A DNA stretch of 32,000 nt, from NCBI RefSeq assembly GCF_003945235.1, contig NZ_RSDW01000001.1, positions 3,210,001 through 3,242,000 of the forward strand, in the 5' to 3' direction. The stretch is from Edaphobacter aggregans (lineage in GTDB: Bacteria > Acidobacteriota > Terriglobia > Terriglobales > Acidobacteriaceae). The position numbers and the translations under genes were made by a program. This document shows, piece after piece, positions 25,884 to 32,000 of this stretch. The notes beneath the pieces are model-generated. The model saw only the letters and a program-made list of their open reading frames with translations, was not told the origin of the DNA and did no database searches. Each line of letters opens with the position of its first letter. The stretch's first letter is position 1.

Positions 25884-26456
25884 TCAGAAGAGGTAAGGCA
25901 CCAGGGCGGCGGTCCGATGAACATACTTGGCATACGTCTCTCCAAACTGAGAGCGCATCCACTGCTCTTCCTTGCTGAGCTTGGCCCAGAACATGACGAA
26001 GAAGAGGATGAAAACAACGAATCCGCGCACATCCGAGAGGGCGATCGCGAGACCGAGAAATCCAGTCAGTATGCCAGTGTAGATAGGGTGGCGCACGACG
26101 GCGTATGGACCCGTGGTGATCAGCTCGTGATCCTGCTTAATAGTGACCTGGCTACTCCAGTTGCGGCCAAGGTGCTCACGCGCCCAGACGGCGAAGAGAA
26201 GACCGCCGACGGTGACTGCGGCTCCTAGCCAGAAGGGCCAGAATCCAGCGCGCCAGACAGGTCGGTAAAGCCAGGGCAGAGGGATCCAGTTTGTCGTGAG
26301 GAGGATGATCGCGATGAGGATGATTAGGAGACGCAGAATGCCGGAGGAGGCCGATTCCAGGCGCTGGGTCTTCTTCGTATTGGAGGCCTTGATCCGCCAG
26401 TAGGCTAAGAAGGCAATCCAGACGGCAGGAAAGAAAAGTCTGTAGATCCAGATCAT
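25884..26456 (-). CDS. isoprenylcysteine carboxyl methyltransferase (ICMT/PEMT)-family membrane methyltransferase
   Basis: GGAGG RBS, multi-TM N-terminal half, and C-terminal signature LITTGPYAVVRHPIYTGILTGFLG...EEQWMRSQFGETYAKY. Confidence 0.85.
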   Translation of the reverse strand: MIWIYRLFFPAVWIAFLAYWRIKASNTKKTQRLESASSGILRLLIILIAIILLTTNWIPLPWLYRPVWRAGFWPFWLGAAVTVGGLLFAVWAREHLGRNWSSQVTIKQDHELITTGPYAVVRHPIYTGILTGFLGLAIALSDVRGFVVFILFFVMFWAKLSKEEQWMRSQFGETYAKYVHRTAALVPYLF

Positions 26457-26598
26457 GGGGGACCTCCGGGGCTGAAGGTTCTACGCAGGCTCGCACGGGG
26501 CAGTTCTAAAGGCGAGCAGCGTTTTCATCACGAGGCGAGCGCGTCTCCAGATTCGATCCAGCCGCCGTGAGCTTTTGACGTTCCTGGCGAGTGACCGG

Positions 26599-27210
26599 TC
26601 AACTTAATAGTGCAAACACCTGCTCGACCATTGCCGCCACAACGATCTCGTGATCGAGACCGAGCGCCTTGAGTTCGCCCTGTCCAATCGCATCATACGT
26701 TCGTTCTGTCGTGAATAGATGGATTGCGTCATCCTCTCGCCGGCCTGCCGGAATTCCATGGCGGAGACGCAGTTGAGCAATGACATCCAGTTGCCTGCGA
26801 CGTTGGCTCCGATAAAACCGCCGCACTTCCTCATCCGTGAAGACCAGCTCCATCAACGACGCTCGCAGACCGCGCCATTTCGTATGGAAATCGATGGCTA
26901 GCTCGACGAGTCTTCGTGCCGTCTCTTTCGGCTCCCTGCCGGCCGACAGCTCCGAATCGATCGCGGCCCACTCGGACGTAACCCACGTCTCATAAACAGC
27001 GAGAAAGACTTCGCGCTTGTCTTTGAAGTGCTTATAAAAAGTGCCGGTCGCGTATCCGGCCTCCTTCGCAATCCGATTCGAATCGGTCCCACGATAGCCG
27101 TCACGATTGAAAATCTCCGCTGCCGTCGCCACAAGCCGCGCGCGCGTTTGCGCTGGTGTACCCCGTCTGGGGCGTTCAACCTCGACTCTTTTCTTCCTGC
27201 CGTTGGTCAC
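26599..27210 (-). CDS. TetR/AcrR-family transcriptional regulator
   Basis: HTH TRARLVATAAEIFNRDGYRGTDSNRIAKEAGYATGTFYKHFKDKREVF. Divergent from the DoxX gene. Confidence 0.85.
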   Translation of the reverse strand: MTNGRKKRVEVERPRRGTPAQTRARLVATAAEIFNRDGYRGTDSNRIAKEAGYATGTFYKHFKDKREVFLAVYETWVTSEWAAIDSELSAGREPKETARRLVELAIDFHTKWRGLRASLMELVFTDEEVRRFYRSQRRRQLDVIAQLRLRHGIPAGRREDDAIHLFTTERTYDAIGQGELKALGLDHEIVVAAMVEQVFALLS

Positions 27211-27246
27211 GAGAATATTGACACGCTCAAGTGCTGATGATAGTCA

Positions 27247-27263
27247 TATCACTCATAGTGATA
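27247..27263. promoter_or_regulatory. inverted repeat in the TetR/DoxX divergent region (candidate operator)
   Basis: TATCACT-cat-AGTGATA at 27247-27263, 24 nt downstream of a TTGACA hexamer (27218-27223). I could not identify a convincing -10 box. Confidence 0.4.
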
Positions 27264-27302
27264 CAAACGTCACTAACGCTTGCCCCACAAAAGAGGCTAT
27301 TC

Positions 27303-27719
27303 ATGCGCATACTCTTCCCTATCGCAAGAATCATGTTTTCATTCATCTTCCTTATTGCAGCTCCACGTCATTTCTCAAGCGAGGGAATAGGACACGCTGC
27401 AAGTTTGGGCGTTCCTCTCTCGAACCTGCTCGTTCCCCTGTCCGGAGTCATGGCGATTGTCGGCGGATTGAGCATCGTCTTCGGTTACAAAGCACGCTGG
27501 GGAGCTTGGATCTTAGTCGCGTTCCTCGTGCCAGTCACATGGACGATGCACGCATACTGGAAACAGACTGATCCGGCTGTGATTCACGTACAACAAGCAA
27601 TGTTTGCCAAAAATCTGTCCATGCTCGGTGCAGCACTTCTGATTACGCAGTTCGGAGCCGGTCCAATCAGCATCGACGATCTGAAGAAGGATCGCGAATC
27701 TGTCGCCGAGACTTGTTGA
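27303..27719 (+). CDS. DoxX-family membrane protein
   Basis: The ATG at 27303 has an AAGAGG RBS. Four TM helices and the DoxX-type segment HAYWKQTDPAVIHVQQAMFAKNLSMLGAALLI. Confidence 0.8.
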   Translation: MRILFPIARIMFSFIFLIAAPRHFSSEGIGHAASLGVPLSNLLVPLSGVMAIVGGLSIVFGYKARWGAWILVAFLVPVTWTMHAYWKQTDPAVIHVQQAMFAKNLSMLGAALLITQFGAGPISIDDLKKDRESVAETC

Positions 27720-27775
27720 AGGCGTGGTTTAGACCCACAAAAACCTGTCGCAGGCGGGTCATTGCAAGCCCGGTG

Positions 27776-27815
27776 CCCCATCTTAGCGCCCGGCCTTTCG
27801 GGCGCTAAGATGGGG
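27776..27815. repeat. perfect 17-bp-stem GC-rich hairpin between convergent DoxX and PilZ genes (REP-like or bidirectional terminator)
   Basis: CCCCATCTTAGCGCCCG-gccttt-CGGGCGCTAAGATGGGG at 27776-27815. No strong T-tract on either side. Confidence 0.55.
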
Positions 27816-27843
27816 CTTTGCAGGATGCTCACATCGAGACGCG

Positions 27844-28206
27844 TTACCGCCCCACTCCCCGCTGCATCTGCCGAATCAGCCCTTCCAGCCCCGTCTGCAT
27901 ATAAGCACTCATCTCCCCGAACAAGAACCCCGCTCCAACTCCCGGCCGCACGGCCCGCACCGTAGCCTGCACACGCATCGTCAGACCCCCCGCCCGAAAC
28001 ACCATCTCCACCGGAGTCCCCGCCTCCAGCATCAGCCGAGCCCGCGTCTCAATAAAGCACCCCGACAAGCTGATATCCACCGTGTTGCCACGAAACAGCA
28101 GCCTGCCATCACTCACCATCACCTCGGCGTCGCCATGGACGGCGTAGCGCTCATGCCGCCGCCTCTCGCGAACCTCACCGCCATCCTGCGCCACCATCAG
28201 ACCCAT
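27844..28206 (-). CDS. PilZ-domain protein (c-di-GMP receptor type)
   Basis: RxxxR motif (RRRHERY) and D/NxSxxG motif (DISLSGCF) at the canonical spacing. 120 aa, single domain. Confidence 0.8.
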   Translation of the reverse strand: MGLMVAQDGGEVRERRRHERYAVHGDAEVMVSDGRLLFRGNTVDISLSGCFIETRARLMLEAGTPVEMVFRAGGLTMRVQATVRAVRPGVGAGFLFGEMSAYMQTGLEGLIRQMQRGVGR

Positions 28207-28273
28207 AGCGTCCTCAGAGGCAAGCCAAAGAAACCCGCCAAATCCTTCATCGGCAGCCCGCCGAAAACCTTCA

Positions 28274-28310
28274 CCAAAGCGAAAGGGGCTGAGCCAAAAG
28301 GCCCAACCCC
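28274..28310 (-). terminator. intrinsic terminator after frr
   Basis: The minus-strand RNA GGGGUUGGGCC-uuuu-GGCUCAGCCCC forms an 11-bp stem including two G.U pairs, followed by UUUCGCUUUGG. It lies 34 nt after the frr stop. Confidence 0.6.
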
Positions 28311-28343
28311 TCGAAAATCGTCCTTCGAAAAGACCGCAGCACC

Positions 28344-28928
28344 TCAGACGGTCATCACTTCTTTCTCTTTAGCCTTGAACAGCTCCTCGACCCGCTTGAT
28401 CTCCGCATCCGTCAGCTGCTGAACCTCTTCGTTCGCCCGCTTCTCATCATCAGCCGAAATCAGCTTATCCTTCGCCGCCTTCTTGATCTGCTCATTCCCA
28501 TCCCGGCGGATATTCCGGATCGCCGTCTTGTGGTCTTCCATCGTCTTGTTCAGCTGCTTGACCACCTCCTTGCGCCGCTCCTCCGTCATCGGAGGCACAG
28601 GCACCCGGATTACCTTCCCATCCGTCATCGGATTCAGCCCGGTCCCCGAAGTCCGAATCGCCTTCTCAATCGCCGACACCATTCCGGCGTCATAAGGTGA
28701 CACCAGGATCAACGTAGGTTCCGGCGTACTCACCTGTCCCATCTGCGCCACAGGCGTGTCCGTCCCGTAATAATCCACCTTTACATGGTCGAGCATATGC
28801 ACATTCGCGCGCCCTGTCCGCGCACTCAGCAGATGCGCTCTGAAGTCCTCCACCGACTTCTCCATACGCGCCTTCAACTCCCGGTGGGCGCCCTTCAACG
28901 CTTCCATATTTGCCATCGCTGATGCCAT
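28344..28928 (-). CDS. frr: ribosome recycling factor
   Basis: Canonical RRF sequence: RMEKSVEDFRAHLLSARTGRANVHMLDHVKVDYYG..TPVAQMGQVS..LILVSPYD...IEKAI..SGTGLNP..DG..IRVP.PP.TEERRKE..K. Confidence 0.95.
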   Translation of the reverse strand: MASAMANMEALKGAHRELKARMEKSVEDFRAHLLSARTGRANVHMLDHVKVDYYGTDTPVAQMGQVSTPEPTLILVSPYDAGMVSAIEKAIRTSGTGLNPMTDGKVIRVPVPPMTEERRKEVVKQLNKTMEDHKTAIRNIRRDGNEQIKKAAKDKLISADDEKRANEEVQQLTDAEIKRVEELFKAKEKEVMTV

Positions 28929-29137
28929 AAACTATGTCCTCACTGCGCCGATGCGCCAAGGCAAATTCTAATTCACTGACGAAAACCGTGCCCGTAATCG
29001 AACACACAGCCAACCGTTAAACCGCGCTCCTTAAAGCGTCCCTCATCCTTACCCTGGCCCTGAGCCAGCTGAAGGGCGGAGCGAAGAATCCCCGCATTTT
29101 GCTCGAAGCGCCTCGCTCCATCCATCAACAAACCGCT

Positions 29138-29941
29138 CTAACGCACCACAGGCAGCGTCTTCGAGATCGCCGTAGCATCAGGACTGCACGCAGGATGACC
29201 CCATCCACTCGCACTCACGCCAATCATCACTCCCGGCGCCGTCATAATGTCATACACAATATTGTCCGGACGGCTCGAATCCGGCCCAACTCCCCCCGGC
29301 ACATAATCCAGCTTCAGCGTATTCCTCGTCCGCCACGCAATATTGTGGTCCGCGCAAGACGAGTCCCCGCTCACGCCCAGTCCGCCGATAAGCGTTCCCT
29401 GCGCGTTATACAGAGCCAGCCCGCCGCCAAACACATTCACGCCGCCAATCCTGTTCCCAACCATCGGGTCATCCGACTGGCCATAATCTGAAGGATCGCC
29501 GCCATACGCCACCTTCGTATCCACCGGATTGCTCGCCTGCAGCCCGAACAAACTTCCTCCCGGCTGCGTCGCGCTGTAAAGGTCCGCCGTCGACAACGCC
29601 AGCTTCGGCAAGCTGAACGCATTCGCCGTATTCGCCTTCTGCGCCGAAATCACCCTGCTCCCCGGCCATTGCGACCCGCGATCCGCGCCTGTAAACGCCA
29701 CCGCGCACACAATCCCATCGCGATTCACAACCGTCCCCCACATATCCAGATTGAACCCGCCGTTGCTCTGCATCCGCGCCGAAATCAGCGCCGCCCGCAA
29801 CGCCGCATAAGAAGGCAGCCCTTTGCACGCCGACCCTGAATTGTTGTTATTGCCATCGGCAGCCTGTACAACCGCACCACTGCGAGCCAGCAAACACACC
29901 GCCACCAACACGGTCATCTTGATGAATCCGTTTTTGCTCAT
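29138..29941 (-). CDS. secreted GlcG/HbpS-like (DUF336) haem-binding-family protein
   Basis: The ATG at 29939-29941 gives the signal peptide MSKNGFIKMTVLVAVCLLARSGAVVQA. DUF336-type core NRDGIVCAVAFTG...SRVISAQKANTANAF...GGLALYNAQGTLIGGLGVSGDSSCADHNIA. The track ORF start (30094) adds 51 unlikely codons. Confidence 0.75.
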   Translation of the reverse strand: MSKNGFIKMTVLVAVCLLARSGAVVQAADGNNNNSGSACKGLPSYAALRAALISARMQSNGGFNLDMWGTVVNRDGIVCAVAFTGADRGSQWPGSRVISAQKANTANAFSLPKLALSTADLYSATQPGGSLFGLQASNPVDTKVAYGGDPSDYGQSDDPMVGNRIGGVNVFGGGLALYNAQGTLIGGLGVSGDSSCADHNIAWRTRNTLKLDYVPGGVGPDSSRPDNIVYDIMTAPGVMIGVSASGWGHPACSPDATAISKTLPVVR

Positions 29942-30141
29942 AGTGCTTCCTCTCATAAAAATCAGATTGGAGCCCAGAATGTCAGGGTGACCCGGAACGC
30001 CAGATAAAGGCCCGGAAACGTGCGAAATTCTACCACCCGCAAGGCAACACTCGTCGGCTGCACCCCGCACACCGGTCGACCACACCACCCGCATCTAAAG
30101 CATCAAACCTGAAATACCGGGCCAAAAAGGAGAGATGTCGC

Positions 30142-31014
30142 ATGTACGCAGTCATGGGAATCACCGGGCAAGTAGGATCAGCCGTCGCCGACAACCTCCT
30201 CGCCCACGGCAAGCAGGTTCGCGCCATCGTCCGCAACCCCGAAAAAGCCGCCACTTGGAAATCCCGCGGTGTCGAGCTAGCCATAGCCGACTACGACAAC
30301 CCCACCGCGCTCGAAGCCGCCTTCCGCAACGTCGAAGCCGCCTTCGTCATGATCCCGCCCTACTTCGCCCCCTCACCCGACCTCCGCGAACCCCTCGCCA
30401 CCATCGCCGCCATCCGCACCGCGCTCGACCGCGCCCGCCCCGCCAAGGCCGTCTATCTCTCCTCCATCGGAGCCCAGCAAACCAGCGGCATCGGCCTCAT
30501 TACCGTCCTGCACATCCTCGAAGAGCAGTTCGGCTCACTGCTCATCCCCGGAGCCTTCCTCCGCGCCGGCTGGTTCATGGAAAACTGCCTCTGGGACGTA
30601 GCCCCCGCACGCGAGCAGGGGAAACTCTTCTCCTACCTCCAGCCCCTCGACCATAAATTCCCCCTCGTCGCCACCGCAGACATCGGCCGGGTAGGCGCGG
30701 AAGCCCTCCTCCAAACCTGGCAAGGCAATCGCTACATCGAAGTCGCTGGCCCCGCCCGCTACTCACCCCGGGACATCGCCGCCGCCTTCACCGCCGCCCT
30801 CAACCGCAATGTCGAAGCAGTAGCCGTCCCCCGGGACACATGGGAAAGCAACTTCATCTCCCAGGGCACGCCCGAAGACCGCACACCACGACGCATCGAG
30901 ATGATCGACGCCTTCAACTCCGGCTGGATCGACTTTCCCGCCCCCGGAACCGAACACATCCAAGGCACCACCACTCTGAAAACAGTCATCGACCAGCTAG
31001 TAGCAAACAACTAA
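30142..31014 (+). CDS. NmrA-family NAD(P)-binding protein (atypical SDR)
   Basis: Rossmann start MYAVMGITGQVGSAVADNLLAHGKQVRAIVRNPEKA and an NmrA-like length and C-terminal region. Confidence 0.85.
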   Translation: MYAVMGITGQVGSAVADNLLAHGKQVRAIVRNPEKAATWKSRGVELAIADYDNPTALEAAFRNVEAAFVMIPPYFAPSPDLREPLATIAAIRTALDRARPAKAVYLSSIGAQQTSGIGLITVLHILEEQFGSLLIPGAFLRAGWFMENCLWDVAPAREQGKLFSYLQPLDHKFPLVATADIGRVGAEALLQTWQGNRYIEVAGPARYSPRDIAAAFTAALNRNVEAVAVPRDTWESNFISQGTPEDRTPRRIEMIDAFNSGWIDFPAPGTEHIQGTTTLKTVIDQLVANN

Positions 31015-31021
31015 CCAGCCT

Positions 31022-31837
31022 TCAGGCAGAAGGCTGGGTGGCTCTAGAGAGTGCAACCGACGCCTCACTCGTCAACACGCGGAACGTGAATGTCTCCTGC
31101 AGATACAGCCGAACCATACTATCCGTGTGGCTCAGATAGCCAATCGACACATCCTGCCCAATATTGAGCTCGAAATCGCCACCGCGCGTAGTCAGCACAA
31201 ACGCCCCATCGATAGCAGGAGCCCAAATAATATCGCCGTCGACGATGCGTTTAACGTGCTCCAGTATGGGATACCCGTGATCGCGAGTCTCTGCCAGCTC
31301 CGTATATTCATTCGCACCCAGCAGAACCGAATAAGGCCCATTCACACCCACTAGCCGCAACTGGCTCAACGCCCGTGCCACAGCATCCGGATAGTCGCGC
31401 ACATCCGTTGGCAGCGGCATGATCGGATTGCTCGTACCTTCCCGAATGCCCTGAATATTCGCCGCGCCGTAACCATCAAAGATGGCCCTGTCCTCAGCGA
31501 AGGCAATCTTCTTGGCAGCATCCTTCGCAGGCTGCCAGTCGGAGTCATCCGAGCCGCGCTCCACATCATCAATCGCCTGACGAGTGAGTTCAAAAGGAAC
31601 CCGCAGTTCTACCAGAGGCTTCACCTCACGCTGGTTGGCAACGATGTCCGCAGCTGGCGGCGAGATCGTCAATAAATGTCCCGTGGCAACTCCCGGCAGA
31701 TCAATTCCACTCGGGGACGGCACATCGACCACGCGTCGGCCCGCGAGATAGCGCTTCAGCGTCCGCGTCGTCTCCTCTTCGATCTGCGCCCAAGCGGCGT
31801 CCGAAATCGGTGCCAAATCCCGATGAAGATTATTCAT
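31022..31837 (-). CDS. family 1 encapsulin nanocompartment shell protein (Linocin_M18 / HK97 fold)
   Basis: 271 aa, colinear with characterised family-1 encapsulins as I recall them: HRDLAPISDAAWAQIEEE...YLAGRRVVDV, ...LVELRVPF, ...DAAKKIAFAEDRAIFDG, ...GPYSVLLG, ...GYPILEHV, ...TTRGGDFELNIGQDVSIGY......VRLYLQETFTFRVL. Confidence 0.92.
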   Translation of the reverse strand: MNNLHRDLAPISDAAWAQIEEETTRTLKRYLAGRRVVDVPSPSGIDLPGVATGHLLTISPPAADIVANQREVKPLVELRVPFELTRQAIDDVERGSDDSDWQPAKDAAKKIAFAEDRAIFDGYGAANIQGIREGTSNPIMPLPTDVRDYPDAVARALSQLRLVGVNGPYSVLLGANEYTELAETRDHGYPILEHVKRIVDGDIIWAPAIDGAFVLTTRGGDFELNIGQDVSIGYLSHTDSMVRLYLQETFTFRVLTSEASVALSRATQPSA

Positions 31838-32000
31838 GTTTAACTCCTTTGAGCGATCCTATTCCAAGTGATGTGTCCCGCATGGATGATGCAGGTGAAG
31901 CGTCGGATGATGCGGGCGACTCGTCGGAAGGAGCAGCCAGAGCATCGATTGCCGCAGGCTCTGCATCCCCAACGTCTTCAAGAAACGTCGCAGACGGCGC
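31830..32000 (-). CDS. encapsulin cargo protein, C-terminal 56 codons only (5' part beyond the right window edge); DyP-type peroxidase is the most likely identity but is unverified
   Basis: My own minus-strand translation gives APSATFLEDVGDAEPAAIDALAAPSDESPASSDASPASSMRDTSLGIGSLKGVKHE*. This is a flexible A/P/S/D/E linker followed by an SLGIGSLKG cargo-loading-peptide motif. The stop (31830-31832) overlaps the encapsulin ATG (31835-31837). It is absent from the ORF track because the start lies outside the window. Confidence 0.75.
   Translation of the reverse strand, partial: APSATFLEDVGDAEPAAIDALAAPSDESPASSDASPASSMRDTSLGIGSLKGVKHE

Noticed and set aside
1-32000. I looked for CRISPR-like spaced direct repeats, tRNA cloverleaf-like or rRNA-like segments, transposase or integrase genes, and terminal inverted repeats flanking the atypical islets.
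   Set aside because: Visual inspection found none. Intergenic gaps are short (mostly under 320 bp) and contain only the hairpins and palindromes listed. This cannot fully exclude small ncRNAs without covariance-model searches such as Infernal/Rfam and tRNAscan.

Overview
High-GC chromosomal segment (about 58-60% GC by eye). The gene content suggests Acidobacteriota (Terriglobia-like), but that is inference only. I support about 33 protein-coding genes, two of them cut by the window edges and absent from the ORF track. I recognised no rRNA, tRNA, CRISPR array, transposase or integrase. Housekeeping anchors are ychF, a bifunctional RelA/SpoT, aconitase acnA and frr. The rest is accessory or environmental: tandem haem-binding/cytochrome P460 genes, an EamA exporter with a divergent CGNR zinc-finger regulator, two TetR units with visible palindromic operators, an MFS transporter, a WxPGxW-repeat proline-rich lipoprotein, a molybdopterin oxidoreductase, a TMEM175-like K+ channel, a GH27 alpha-galactosidase, a Tat-exported MBL hydrolase, ICMT, DoxX, PilZ, a secreted GlcG/HbpS-like protein and NmrA. 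The most interesting items are these. (1) At the right edge sits a family-1 encapsulin shell gene. An upstream gene cut by the window edge ends in a flexible linker plus an SLGIGSLKG cargo-loading peptide and overlaps the shell start by 8 nt. (2) A compositionally atypical islet (about 4.7-6.5 kb) encodes an unassignable 445-467 aa protein with an HELYH motif and a C-terminal Cys cluster, followed by a small single-TM partner. This is my best candidate for an undescribed two-gene module, but its function is unproven. (3) A glycine-zipper gene appears to have its signal peptide and strong RBS/ATG displaced by a 1-nt frameshift. (4) The + strand carries a strong C excess through genes of both orientations, so codon choice is strand-specific. 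That baseline exposes several foreign or inverted patches (4.7-6.5 kb, 11.5-13.4 kb, 24.0-24.7 kb, and the ICMT gene). All family assignments come from reading motifs by eye. No database search was run.
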